Under the pieces are notes generated by a model, which saw only the letters and a list, made by a program, of their open reading frames with translations, did no database searches and had not been told where the DNA came from. Positions 18,024 to 28,474 of a stretch of DNA of 64,000 bases are shown here, piece after piece. The DNA lies in the IMG/VR virus record IMGVR_UViG_3300007735_000783, positions 6,877-70,876 of that record; one strand, given 5' to 3'. How positions within the stretch are numbered: position 1 is the first letter of the stretch; the number at the start of each line of letters is the position of its first letter. This stretch comes from a virus. A program made the translations under genes and the position numbers.

Positions 18024-20438
18024 TCATATTGTTATAAGGTAGTTAAAATCTATTACGGTTTCACTACCGGGTATAACATTGTTTGAGGTGTTCATAAGGT
18101 ATAGTTTTGCCCTATACACGCAATTATTGTTTGTGATAATACTCCCATTATACGCAAAAGGGGTTCCTATCACACCCGTTCCTAGACTTATTGCTCCAGA
18201 TTCGCTGTTTGGGTTTTGAGGATTTATGAACGGATAGTTGATGTTTATAGTTCTGCTTGATAGTGATATAGGCCCAATATTAGCCATAGTGTACTCTGTT
18301 CCATTCTGAGCAACTATGTAAAGATCGCATTTCATATAAATTGCGCCATAATACCCAACATTTAGGAATGTGGATGCTCCAGACGCAGATTTTATTTCAT
18401 CTATAGTTAACGATATAGACCTACTTCCGCCTGTGCCGAAGGCGATATATTGTGGATCGGTACTCCAAGAACTTGATATGGTGGTATTATTGATTTTTGT
18501 AACTCTAAATCTTGGCACTTCAGGTATTGCTATGTTTTCTTTTTTGCAATCAAATTCAATGTTATTAGGTATTTTTAAAAAACTATTAATAGTTATTTTT
18601 CTAAATTCCGAATAATGGGTTTCTTCTCCTGTACTTGTTACCCCACCAACATTTCGGGTTACAGCCGCAGTTGGGTTGTAATTCAAAACGACATATCTCT
18701 CACCTGATGTGAATCCTGAAGCCCACTCTTGACGGATTGAAGTTGAACCTTCTGCCCATTCCTGCCAGTATCCCGTAGTTCCGTTGTTATATCCTATTGG
18801 ATTTGTTCCTCTATTAATGTAATCCACATTGGAAATCATTCGGAATCCTCCTATGTCATTTAAAAATTCATTCTTTAAATCATAGGGAATTCGTGCAACA
18901 ACGGAATCCTTTATTTTTCTATTGGGGTGTTGATAAATTATCCAAAATGGCACGGAATTTTCAAATTCTGGTGTAGTTTGTGGAGAAACGGGATTAACAA
19001 AATTTCTATTGTAGGTTACTGGATTGCCCAAAATTTTATGGGCTTGAAATGGGTCTATCCCTTGGCTCATCATTTCAGGCATGTCACCAGAATTAAAAAC
19101 TCCATCTTGATTAAAATCCAAACTTCCTTGTATTAAAGGATCGTGGATAATAGGATCATATCCTGTCAGTAGACCTGTTGTTGTATCGGTAAACCACGGA
19201 GCAAGATCATCGTATGTTAATAATGTGTATGGACTATAGTTTCCTATTAATGGCACTTCGTAACTAATAAGAGAAGAACTAGTGTCTAGTGCAGCGATTG
19301 CACATCTCTTTAATTGTACTTTTCCAAAGAAAGCAAGTCCTGCGGGATTTAGTAGTCTCTTTATGATATCTTTATAACGATCTATCGTAACTTCGCTCAA
19401 TATCAAGTATGAATAATTTTGATAAAAGTGATTATCTTGTATTACTTTATTTGTACTTAATCTGCCATCATTATTTGCATAATATCCCTCGTATTCCGAT
19501 ACAGCACTTATTCCTATTGTTCCGGAAAAATTTCTACCAAAATCAGAGGTTATACTTAAAGATGGTGCAGTTTTATAATTTATTCCAAAATTGTTTATGG
19601 TTATTTTTTTTACTTTACCACTACTATCAACCTCACTTACACGACCTGCTCCCTTGATGCCAGTATCGTTTGATGCTGATGTTATTACAATAGTATCTCC
19701 AACCCTATAGTTACTACCACCATTTGTTATTTCTATTTTGCCCAATACAGGAAACACTCTTGGTTCAACCCTAGTAACCCCTTTGGAATCTTCAAATTCT
19801 ATTCCATTGTAACCCGAAACAAATTCACCATTGATATTGGCTAAAAACAATTCTGCAATATCGTTTGTTCCAACCCTATAAACACTAGCATCCAGAACAC
19901 GAGCACTTGCAATCAAATTTCCATTTTGATCTTTTTGATATATGGTCTTTCCAAGACTATCAAATATAGTATTGCCCAAATTATTTGATAACTTTATAGA
20001 TCTAGAAAGTATCCACTTTCCATCGGATAGTTTTAAAATGTCGTTTTTGGGGTAGTAGAACTCAACACCAGTATCAAACAAAATTCTGAATAAGAATTCG
20101 TAAGTCTTCTCTGTTCCCTTTGCGCTATAAAACCCTTTAATGTTCTTTAGTAGTTTTACTGCATCTACGGGTTTTTTAGTTTTTTCCGATATTGCTAGAG
20201 TTTGTGGGAAATCCAAAAGATATTCGTTTTTAAATCGGTCAATAAATTGATCTAGACTTTCATCAACTTCTATCGCACTTCCTAATTTTTTAGGAGAACG
20301 AAATCCCGATTCGTCGTTATCTAACCACTCGTAGTATGCGGATAAAAAGGCAACCATAGTTGGATGACCAATTCTAACAAATTCCGGTAGTTGTCCGGAT
20401 ATGAACGGTGTTATTGGTTTACTTTTATCGCTAGCCAT
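18024..20438 (-). CDS. gp7: Baseplate wedge initiator gp7-like
   Basis: QLPEFVR..FLSAYYEW; FYSAKGTEKTYEFLFRILF..YYPK..ILKLSDGKW; IQDNHFYQNYSY; IKRLLNPAGLAFFG; lies between gp6 and gp8. Confidence 0.75.
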   Translation of the reverse strand: MASDKSKPITPFISGQLPEFVRIGHPTMVAFLSAYYEWLDNDESGFRSPKKLGSAIEVDESLDQFIDRFKNEYLLDFPQTLAISEKTKKPVDAVKLLKNIKGFYSAKGTEKTYEFLFRILFDTGVEFYYPKNDILKLSDGKWILSRSIKLSNNLGNTIFDSLGKTIYQKDQNGNLIASARVLDASVYRVGTNDIAELFLANINGEFVSGYNGIEFEDSKGVTRVEPRVFPVLGKIEITNGGSNYRVGDTIVITSASNDTGIKGAGRVSEVDSSGKVKKITINNFGINYKTAPSLSITSDFGRNFSGTIGISAVSEYEGYYANNDGRLSTNKVIQDNHFYQNYSYLILSEVTIDRYKDIIKRLLNPAGLAFFGKVQLKRCAIAALDTSSSLISYEVPLIGNYSPYTLLTYDDLAPWFTDTTTGLLTGYDPIIHDPLIQGSLDFNQDGVFNSGDMPEMMSQGIDPFQAHKILGNPVTYNRNFVNPVSPQTTPEFENSVPFWIIYQHPNRKIKDSVVARIPYDLKNEFLNDIGGFRMISNVDYINRGTNPIGYNNGTTGYWQEWAEGSTSIRQEWASGFTSGERYVVLNYNPTAAVTRNVGGVTSTGEETHYSEFRKITINSFLKIPNNIEFDCKKENIAIPEVPRFRVTKINNTTISSSWSTDPQYIAFGTGGSRSISLTIDEIKSASGASTFLNVGYYGAIYMKCDLYIVAQNGTEYTMANIGPISLSSRTININYPFINPQNPNSESGAISLGTGVIGTPFAYNGSIITNNNCVYRAKLYLMNTSNNVIPGSETVIDFNYLITI

Positions 20439-20445
20439 TGATTAC

Positions 20446-22380
20446 TCAGAAAAGAACTGTTTGAGATTGGTTTGTTGTATATAGATTGTCTGGTTCAACT
20501 GCGTAATTTGAAGATTCTGCATCAATTGATATTATCTGATTTCGCAATGCCTTGATATCTTGTTTTTCAGGTATTACAGTAATTCGTATTTCGGAACTTG
20601 TTTTTGGAACTATGTACTCGGGTTTAAAGTTGTTTAGAGTTATTAATCCCTTTGTGTAATCAATCTTGCCCGCTTTGGAATTTATGTAAACTTTAGAAGT
20701 ACCATCTATTTTGTAGACTCTAATGTTTCCATAACCGTCATCATCAAGATAGCAATCTACTATTGGTTTAACTGTTGCTGAACTTGTTTTATCTTGATAA
20801 CCAAAAGCATTCGTAGAAACAACAGAAGTAAATCCATCTATAGGATGTAAGATGGAATTATAGAATTTTATGGTGTAAGACGAAGCCTTATTTAATAGCG
20901 GTTCAATTCTTTTTTGCAACTTCAGATTCATTGTTGTTCCTGTAATTGAGGTATTTACAGAATCTATTGTTGTTATAAATTTTGATGCTCTAAAATCTTT
21001 TCCAAACTTGAACAAGTATGCCGACTCGTAACTCAAAACTCGGTTTGTAATTAGTTCTCGTAATCCATCAATACTTAAATTAGTTTTTGTAGGATCATAC
21101 ATCGTATTTGTACTTATTTCCAAATAGATGTAATCTGGATCAACAACTTCTGGCGTTATAGTTACAAGATTTCGTTTTCCTAGTACTGTCTTTTCAATAG
21201 CCAATTTTTCTATTAAACTTATTTTCTTGCCATTTTTTGGTTTAATTGAAATGAACACCTTACCGTATGCTGGTGGTTCGTTATCTTCTCCACCCCATAC
21301 AAAGAATGAGTCTATTGTATCACTAAATTCCGAGACTAAAATTGTTTTATAATCTTCTGTAGTTACTGCTCTTTCTTTTGCTTGATAACTTCTTGGAGCG
21401 TAATACTTGATAGATTCTAGCGTTTCTGGTGTTGTTCCACCAAAAGAGGAAGTGTAATTTCCCTCCGTGTCAAGAATAGTAGTAATTGCGGTTGTTCTAC
21501 CAGAAGTTCTTGGAGAAGCAAAAGACGAAACTGCTCCGCTTGTATAGGTGAAGGCTTTGCAATTGTTAGCCAAATTACCACTTGTAACGATGTACTCTAG
21601 ATTTATCACATTACCGTTTTCTAGGGCTTTACCAACAACTCCATCACCAAAATAAATCTCATATCTACCGTCTTCAGATTCCTGTAAGAAATAAACATAA
21701 GAATCGGAATTTAAAGAATTCACATCAGCAACTCTACTCCAAATGTTCAAAATTCCTGTGCTATCATTTACAGAGTTTTGAACTCTTACTTTTATTGTGT
21801 CTACATCTATATTACTACTTGGCAATATGAATCTTTGTGAGGGATCAAATGTGTTTACAACATAAGAATATGTTTTTAGAGAACCCTCAGATAATTTTAC
21901 ATTTGTGGCTTTTATTATGTTGTTAACAATTTTTAGTTTTGTATCTTCTGTGGCAATAAAATCATAGTAAGAGCCTCCAGGAAATTTCCCTCTAAAAACA
22001 TCTCCGCGATTTACAAAAGCGTTTCCGCTTTTCACACGATCTAGTAATAAAGAAGGTTGCGAGGTATTTCCGTTTAAAAATTCTATATCAACAAAAACTT
22101 GCGATGATTTGATTGATCTTGGTGTGTAACCTAATTGTTTTGCTATAGAAACTACGCTATTTCGGGTTATAGCAGAATCTAAAAATGCTTCATTAGCAAC
22201 CATATTTGCATAAAATGCTTGATAATGTGTGTTGTATGAAAGCAAATCCAAAATTATGTTTATACCTGCTCCTTCAAAATCAAAGTCTTTGAATAGAGGT
22301 TGATCTTTAAGGTATGTTTTAAGATTGCTTTTTATTGAATCAAAATCTAAAGCATCTATTTTTAAATTATTTTTGTTCAT
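20446..22380 (-). CDS. gp6: Baseplate wedge subunit gp6
   Basis: LDFDSIKSNLK..DFDFEGAG..LDLLSYNTHY..NEAFLDSA..RNSVVSIAKQLGYTPRS; YEIYFGDGVVGK; RAVTTEDY; WGGEDNEPPAYGKVFISIKP. Confidence 0.93.
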   Translation of the reverse strand: MNKNNLKIDALDFDSIKSNLKTYLKDQPLFKDFDFEGAGINIILDLLSYNTHYQAFYANMVANEAFLDSAITRNSVVSIAKQLGYTPRSIKSSQVFVDIEFLNGNTSQPSLLLDRVKSGNAFVNRGDVFRGKFPGGSYYDFIATEDTKLKIVNNIIKATNVKLSEGSLKTYSYVVNTFDPSQRFILPSSNIDVDTIKVRVQNSVNDSTGILNIWSRVADVNSLNSDSYVYFLQESEDGRYEIYFGDGVVGKALENGNVINLEYIVTSGNLANNCKAFTYTSGAVSSFASPRTSGRTTAITTILDTEGNYTSSFGGTTPETLESIKYYAPRSYQAKERAVTTEDYKTILVSEFSDTIDSFFVWGGEDNEPPAYGKVFISIKPKNGKKISLIEKLAIEKTVLGKRNLVTITPEVVDPDYIYLEISTNTMYDPTKTNLSIDGLRELITNRVLSYESAYLFKFGKDFRASKFITTIDSVNTSITGTTMNLKLQKRIEPLLNKASSYTIKFYNSILHPIDGFTSVVSTNAFGYQDKTSSATVKPIVDCYLDDDGYGNIRVYKIDGTSKVYINSKAGKIDYTKGLITLNNFKPEYIVPKTSSEIRITVIPEKQDIKALRNQIISIDAESSNYAVEPDNLYTTNQSQTVLF

Positions 22381-22781
22381 CTAGTTCTCTCCAAGACAAT
22401 ACTTGTTTCAAAAGTTTGTGGTCGGTTTACCACATTAAATTTAACGGTTACATTCAATTCGTTTGTGTCTGCGTTTGATAGAAAGTTTATGCTTAATCCT
22501 TCAACTCTTGGTTCATATTTTCTTATTACTTCTTCTATATTTCTTTTTAAAACAGAGTATACCACAGGGCTTGGATTTTCAAATAACAGATCTTGTATTC
22601 CTGAACTTATTTCAGGATGAAAAGGTTTTTCAAATTTTTTCAATAGAAGTAAATTTCGTATGGCTCGTTTAACCGCGTTTTCATTAACCTTAACGATAAC
22701 ATCATTTGTGATTGGATGAGGAATCATATTAAGATCCAAGTCACCAAACAAAAAGTTTTCCAATTTAGTTGTGCTTTTCAT
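22377..22781 (-). CDS. gp25: Baseplate wedge subunit gp25
   Basis: DLDL..HPITND..NENAVKRAIRNL..EKPFHPEI..LLFE..YEPRV..LERTR. Confidence 0.92.
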   Translation of the reverse strand: MKSTTKLENFLFGDLDLNMIPHPITNDVIVKVNENAVKRAIRNLLLLKKFEKPFHPEISSGIQDLLFENPSPVVYSVLKRNIEEVIRKYEPRVEGLSINFLSNADTNELNVTVKFNVVNRPQTFETSIVLERTR

Positions 22782-23417
22782 TTAGTTTCCTCTCAATATT
22801 TCCAATTCAACAAAAGAACGATACTTATCCATTGCTCTTTCACAATCATCATAGTCATCGGGAATATCGTGTAAATTCCCCCACTCAGCCCTAACAAATC
22901 CTAAAAACAATTCTTCTTTCTTTATCGGCACTAAAGAAAACGCATCTATATTTTTTGATTCATTGTAAGTTTTTATTAGACTGTCTTCTGGTAGAGATCT
23001 AGTTAATCTAATTTTCGGATTATCTTCCTTTAACATAGAAACCATACACCAAAATAGAGACACAAGAATGTTGTGTAGATTTACTGATTCCATTGAAACG
23101 CCAGGTCTGCAAGACTCGTGGCTTACACTAAATCGTTTCATTGGTGATCCTTCTAGGAATTTGCCACCATTATGAAACTGCGCTAGTTGAACACGATCAG
23201 CATTTAATTGTATTCTTAAAGAGGTTAGCAATTCGTGTATAGTGGTATGTTTATACCCATCCTTTGAATTTACATTCAAAGAATTTTGTTCTTGCTTATT
23301 TCGTAGTTCTTTATATTTTTTTCTAAGGTAGATTAAACCCAAAATTAAACCACCTATAGAGCCTACTATAGCACTACTTGAATCCAACCAATGCTGAATG
23401 TCTGTTACTTGTGTCAT
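22782..23417 (-). CDS. Membrane-anchored protein with GAF-like soluble domain (candidate holin-like protein)
   Basis: Single N-terminal hydrophobic helix (AIVGSIGGLILGLIYL) followed by RKKYK; LNADRVQLAQFHNGG..FSVSHE motif. Confidence 0.45.
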   Translation of the reverse strand: MTQVTDIQHWLDSSSAIVGSIGGLILGLIYLRKKYKELRNKQEQNSLNVNSKDGYKHTTIHELLTSLRIQLNADRVQLAQFHNGGKFLEGSPMKRFSVSHESCRPGVSMESVNLHNILVSLFWCMVSMLKEDNPKIRLTRSLPEDSLIKTYNESKNIDAFSLVPIKKEELFLGFVRAEWGNLHDIPDDYDDCERAMDKYRSFVELEILRGN

Positions 23418-23717
23418 TTATCCTCCACAATAAACATTTGTACTTCCTGTGGCAATAGATGAGCCGCAGGCAACCGGATCGCCAACTCGCATTATTTGTC
23501 TGCTATTTACATATACTTGAGAAGATCCCTGAATGCTAACCGAAATGTGAGATGGGTGCTTATCGTCGCAAGAATCGGTATGTGGCCCTAATCCGTCAAA
23601 CTGCCTATGGCAACCTTTGCTGTTAACAAAAACATTGCCAGACCATGCAATAACCGGTCTTGGCGGATAACAACCGTGTCCGCTACAAATATCCCCTTGT
23701 GTGCTAACTGCTGGCAT
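23418..23717 (-). CDS. gp5.4: PAAR spike-tip protein (gp5.4-like)
   Basis: MPAV..GDICSGHGCYPP..VFVN..H..H..GSSQVYVN..RVGDPVACGS.IATGSTNVYCGG. Confidence 0.9.
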   Translation of the reverse strand: MPAVSTQGDICSGHGCYPPRPVIAWSGNVFVNSKGCHRQFDGLGPHTDSCDDKHPSHISVSIQGSSQVYVNSRQIMRVGDPVACGSSIATGSTNVYCGG

Positions 23718-24715
23718 TAGTCGTAAAATCCTCTTTCCTTCATTTTATTGAGGTATTCTTTGTTTGTCGCAGGCTTCCCATCAACATAAAATTGATTATT
23801 GATATTTAGGATCAAACGATCACGATCCGAAGACCAGTTGTTTGATATACCTATGCTGAATTCCTTGTCGGTAAACACTCTTGGATCTCTAGCATTAAAT
23901 GCTCTTATAATGAACCTTGCAACATTTTCTGCTCCCCGTCCAACCCTAAATGACGAAGCCGAACCGACTGTTGCATAGTTCTTTTCTGTTATTTTGAAAT
24001 CTGGAGGAAGTCTCCACCTCTCCATGAAGTAATCCTTGGTGTTTTTATCTTCAGGATTGTCGGGCAAATCCATTTCCGAGATGAATCCATAAGCCACACC
24101 CGTATCCATATCTAATGTTAGATTTGGTGGAAATTCACCACCAACAACCATATACTTGATATCGCAGCACTCGTTGCATCCGTAAACTACACCATATAGA
24201 GAAGCGTATATTCCACTAGGGCCATATGTTGAAGGTCCTGGAGACGGATAAGCATAAAATGCTATTGTTTTTGATTCTTTTGTTATTCGTTGTCCCTCTC
24301 TAAATGAACCAAGACTAGAGTTTATAACAGAGGGTACACTTTGACTAATTCCATTTTTACCGCCAAACACAATCAAACATCTGCTTTCCGTTTGCCCTGG
24401 ACCATAAGTTACCTGTTTTGTATGCACTGCCCCTGAACCTGAAAGTCCATAGCAATTAAAATTATCCAATCCTACAGCATAACATCCTGTAGTTTCGGAT
24501 ATGACATTTCCCTCAATATTGTAAGCACCATTAGGATAATAAAACTCTGGTGGTCTCATTCCGTAATGGCTATATCTTCCTTGCCATATACCCCAATCTT
24601 TAGGGCCCGTATTACCGTAAGTCTCTGATCCATCGGTTATATGACATGTTGCTTGAACACTACAAACGGTAGAGTAACCACCATATCCATATCTTGTTCC
24701 GTTTGTGTATCGCAT
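23717..24715 (-). CDS. Hypothetical structural protein with Ig-like (He_PIG-type) segment, positional analogue of T4 gp5.1
   Basis: GGEFPPNLTLDMDTGVAYG resembles the putative-Ig motif; located between gp5 and PAAR. Confidence 0.45.
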   Translation of the reverse strand: MRYTNGTRYGYGGYSTVCSVQATCHITDGSETYGNTGPKDWGIWQGRYSHYGMRPPEFYYPNGAYNIEGNVISETTGCYAVGLDNFNCYGLSGSGAVHTKQVTYGPGQTESRCLIVFGGKNGISQSVPSVINSSLGSFREGQRITKESKTIAFYAYPSPGPSTYGPSGIYASLYGVVYGCNECCDIKYMVVGGEFPPNLTLDMDTGVAYGFISEMDLPDNPEDKNTKDYFMERWRLPPDFKITEKNYATVGSASSFRVGRGAENVARFIIRAFNARDPRVFTDKEFSIGISNNWSSDRDRLILNINNQFYVDGKPATNKEYLNKMKERGFYD

Positions 24716-26865
24716 CAGAATTCGCCACCGTCTATTTCTATTGGACTTGCAGTTATTGGTGGGAATTCGGATTCAAATGCTACTATAGGTATTGCAGGAA
24801 TTCCTTGTGTGGCACTACCTACATCAGACCTTCCTGGATAAGCAGATATCAAAGTTGCCTTTCCTCCAGGTACTGCATACAAACTTTGGGTAGGAATTCC
24901 TGGTGCTCCAACATCCACAAGGTTTACATCAGTCACATTACCCGACAACCCTCCACCCACAGGAGGCAAAGGAACTGCGCTTAGGTTTGTTATATTTTGT
25001 GGCCCTGATGATAAGAATGAGGATGGTGCTGGTGCTACTGCGGTAGCAACATTTGCTCCGGTGTTTACTGCCTGAATTGCTGCTGCTGGATTTATAAACG
25101 CCAACACACCAGCAAATGCTCCACCCACAGAAGTTCCAACAGCACCTCCAACACCACCCAATCCAATTCCTGCTCCTATTGCAACTACATTTGTTAAATT
25201 GATTCCTGAAGATAGACTTTGTAGGGTTTCTCCAATTGCTTTAGGTATTGCTGATAGGCTTTCTCCCGCAGAGTTCAAAACTCCTCCAATATTTTGTCCT
25301 AGAGGATCCGATCCTCCTGCGGAAGCGATTGTGGCGGTAGTTGTGGAAACTTCTGTGGTTGTTTCAGTACCAGCAGCCAAAATACTTTGGTCTGTATTGA
25401 TAAGATCAACATTACTTTCTCCAACAACCTGTTGCAACTCAACCTGTTGCGTTGCTCGGCTTGCGATTGCAGCGTCAACTTGTGCTTTTTCTGTTGCGGA
25501 AGATTGAATATTTTGTTCGTCTGATCCAATTTCCTTCAAGGTTTGTGTTCTATTATTAACAGTAATTTCATCACTATTATACAATTTAGAGTCAACATCA
25601 GAAACCTTTGAACCTTTAGGAAGATTTGAAGGAATTGTTGCTGTATTGTTTTCTCCACTTACAACATTTGAAAGATTGGCTTGGTTGTTGCCCCAAGATT
25701 TTGCCGAAGTTCCGTCTGGCAAAACTGCGGTTTGTAATCCCTTTCCTCCACTAGATTGTCCGTTTAGATTTTTTAGATAATCGGTGTTCAAAAACACATT
25801 GCCCATTCTATCTTGCAATTGTGTTAAAGCATCCGAAGGAATTGCAGATTTAATAAATGGTGATACTTGAGCATTGCTGAGATTTGGGCTTGATGCTAAT
25901 CCTGGTTGAACTCCTTCAGGATTAAAATCTATTCTTGGTGCAACAAACATCATATTACCATCACTTGCTACAGTATAAGTTCCGTGAACTCTATGCTCAA
26001 AGTTCTTATCTGTTTCCATTACAACATTGCCCTTTGTATGGACTAGAACATCACCACCAATTTCAATGTAAAAATCTTTTGCTGCTTTTAAGGTGGTAAC
26101 TGCACCATCCATATTCATGTAGCAATTGCCTTTTATAAGCAACTTTTTATCCGAAAGAATTATTTCGTTATCTTCGCCAACAACTTTTTCCACTTTAGAA
26201 CCATCAGGATGAATCTCCATCCAAGTTCCGGCTTTATGGTAAACACCAATTCTTTCTTTATCGGGAGTATCATCTAATTCAATTATGTGTCCCGATTCTG
26301 TTTCTAAAACATGGTTTTTGGGATACTCTGCTGCGTATGGAGTTTCCTTTTCATCCCATTTTAACCAAGACTGTATAGCAGTTTCAACACCAGAAACTTT
26401 ATCTTTTCTTTTCTTTTCTACGATTGTCTTTTCAATAGATTCGTTTCTAGATAACCGATTGGTATCTGGTTCTTCTAGATGATCTTTATTGGGCCATTTG
26501 CCATCAGGATCATTGAATCCTAATGATGGTGTTGAAGGATATCCTGGTATGCCGTGAAACGAACCAATTACTATTGGGTCTTGAAAATTCACTCCATCTC
26601 TAAAAAACCCAATTACCCAAGATCCTTTTAATAATCCCGTTGGCGAATGTCCTTTGCCGCTAACCGAAGAACTAGTTGCAGGCATTAATAGAGTTGCCCA
26701 AGGAAGATCTTCTGTAGGCAAATCTTCTTTATTGTGAGTATGATATTCAAAACAACGAACACGAACTCTACCAAGTTTTAGTGGATCATTATTGTCTTCC
26801 ACAACTCCGTGGAACCAATAAAATCCATTTTTTCCCATTTGGTCATGTATCGTATAAGATTCCAT
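24715..26865 (-). CDS. gp5: Baseplate hub/central spike gp5 without lysozyme domain, with long C-terminal extension
   Basis: OB-fold FYWFHGVVED..DPLKLGRVRVR..DLPWA..GSWVIGFFRDG; YPKNHVLETESGHIIELDDTPDKERI..HKAGT; beta-helix ending APRIDFN. Confidence 0.9.
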   Translation of the reverse strand: MESYTIHDQMGKNGFYWFHGVVEDNNDPLKLGRVRVRCFEYHTHNKEDLPTEDLPWATLLMPATSSSVSGKGHSPTGLLKGSWVIGFFRDGVNFQDPIVIGSFHGIPGYPSTPSLGFNDPDGKWPNKDHLEEPDTNRLSRNESIEKTIVEKKRKDKVSGVETAIQSWLKWDEKETPYAAEYPKNHVLETESGHIIELDDTPDKERIGVYHKAGTWMEIHPDGSKVEKVVGEDNEIILSDKKLLIKGNCYMNMDGAVTTLKAAKDFYIEIGGDVLVHTKGNVVMETDKNFEHRVHGTYTVASDGNMMFVAPRIDFNPEGVQPGLASSPNLSNAQVSPFIKSAIPSDALTQLQDRMGNVFLNTDYLKNLNGQSSGGKGLQTAVLPDGTSAKSWGNNQANLSNVVSGENNTATIPSNLPKGSKVSDVDSKLYNSDEITVNNRTQTLKEIGSDEQNIQSSATEKAQVDAAIASRATQQVELQQVVGESNVDLINTDQSILAAGTETTTEVSTTTATIASAGGSDPLGQNIGGVLNSAGESLSAIPKAIGETLQSLSSGINLTNVVAIGAGIGLGGVGGAVGTSVGGAFAGVLAFINPAAAIQAVNTGANVATAVAPAPSSFLSSGPQNITNLSAVPLPPVGGGLSGNVTDVNLVDVGAPGIPTQSLYAVPGGKATLISAYPGRSDVGSATQGIPAIPIVAFESEFPPITASPIEIDGGEF

Positions 26866-26866
26866 T

Positions 26867-28468
26867 TTATTTCCTTATTGCTCCAATACCAATATTGGGA
26901 ACAGTTGGAGTTCTGCTTGTTGTTGTTGATTCTGCACCAATAGACTTGCTGCCATCCGACAAAATAAATGTTTCGCCCTGTTGTTTAATATTACTCAATG
27001 GCTGTGCATATGAGTCTTTAACTAGTGTCATTATCAATTCATAGTTGTTGTGCGTGAATGAATGGTTGATTTTTGTAACCATATAATTACCACTCAAGTA
27101 CCTATCATACTCAAATCCACTTGCAACTCCCGCAGGGTCTTCCATAGAAGGAATGAGAAGTTCTACCATATCTCCAACTCTTCTCCGAGAATCGCCTAAA
27201 ACTTTAATCTGAACTACTATTGAACCAATTTGATTCATTAAACTTTGTCTAAGCAAAACATAATTTTCATAACCATCATTATCAACCATTGATTCGTGTT
27301 TATAATTCGCATTGTCTCCAAATTTATTGGATTTTTTTGGTAGTATCTTTGTATAAGATGCTAAACGAGTTGAGTATGTGTCTCCATTGTTTTGCGATCC
27401 TCCAAAAGAGAAAGACTCTGAAGTTATCAAAGGATTAGGAATACCACTCTTATCAAAATTAGTAGATGATAAATTAGGGGCGTCTTCGGTATGAACTGTT
27501 TTATAGAAAGTGTTAAAATAATTAAACAAATCAATTTCTATAGTTTTTTTGGTTATGTCTAAAGTTTTGTATGATGATGCGTACATACCTGATGTGACAT
27601 CTTTCATCTTATCCGCATAACTTAGAACTATAAATTCTTGTATGTTTTTGTATTGCATCATATCTTTTGTTTTATCACTTGGTATTCTTGTATAACTTGC
27701 AACTACTTCTTTGTTCTTGAAATAAGAAACAGGAACAAAATTATAGATTCCATTTAGTTGTTGAAAAAACAAATAATCGCAGCCGAGTTTGTTGTCTAGT
27801 ATTCCATGTGATCTATTAGCCAACCAATTTATTGCATAAAACGGCGACCAATAAGGAAATACAACGCTCTTATTTCCTTCAGTTTTATAATCAAAAAATG
27901 CTGGAGAATAAGACTCTTGTGATTGGTTGGCAAATGCTGGACCACTAACAAACATCGGATCTTGTTTTACAATCTTTACAATATAATCCTCAAATATCTT
28001 TTTAGCCATATCCGAATACGGCATATCACGATAGGATCCTGAAAATTTTACCTGAGTATTTACAAAAAATTCAGGGGACACAAATTCAAGAGTGACAAAG
28101 GCGTTTTTATCCGAGGAGCCAATAGTATTTCTCGTACACTTATACACTCGCATCATTAGTGTAATTTCTTTACTTGATTGATTGTCTTGACCTGGAGTGT
28201 AAAAGGATATTGATAGTTTTTCGTCTCCGATAATTGGTGCGTGCGTCACCAAAGCCAAAGAATCTATAAACGAGATAGTTCCAGACAAACTATTGAAATA
28301 AATGTCTTCGTATATTTCAACCGAACTTATAAGTTTTAATAGACTAACAGATAAACCAGATCTAGTTGTCAACATAACATCTTTGATTATGATGTCACCA
28401 AGATTTGCTATCTTGTTTGACGGTGTTGCTGCCTCTATAGTACTATCGTTTATATTTGGTAATGCCAT
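26867..28468 (-). CDS. Baseplate hub protein (gp27-like)
   Basis: IYEDIY..LSG..DS..PIIGDE; C-terminal VLGDSRRRVGD.V...SGNYMVTKINHSF...LVKDS; located between gp53 and gp5. Confidence 0.65.
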   Translation of the reverse strand: MALPNINDSTIEAATPSNKIANLGDIIIKDVMLTTRSGLSVSLLKLISSVEIYEDIYFNSLSGTISFIDSLALVTHAPIIGDEKLSISFYTPGQDNQSSKEITLMMRVYKCTRNTIGSSDKNAFVTLEFVSPEFFVNTQVKFSGSYRDMPYSDMAKKIFEDYIVKIVKQDPMFVSGPAFANQSQESYSPAFFDYKTEGNKSVVFPYWSPFYAINWLANRSHGILDNKLGCDYLFFQQLNGIYNFVPVSYFKNKEVVASYTRIPSDKTKDMMQYKNIQEFIVLSYADKMKDVTSGMYASSYKTLDITKKTIEIDLFNYFNTFYKTVHTEDAPNLSSTNFDKSGIPNPLITSESFSFGGSQNNGDTYSTRLASYTKILPKKSNKFGDNANYKHESMVDNDGYENYVLLRQSLMNQIGSIVVQIKVLGDSRRRVGDMVELLIPSMEDPAGVASGFEYDRYLSGNYMVTKINHSFTHNNYELIMTLVKDSYAQPLSNIKQQGETFILSDGSKSIGAESTTTSRTPTVPNIGIGAIRK

Positions 28469-28474
28469 AATTTA

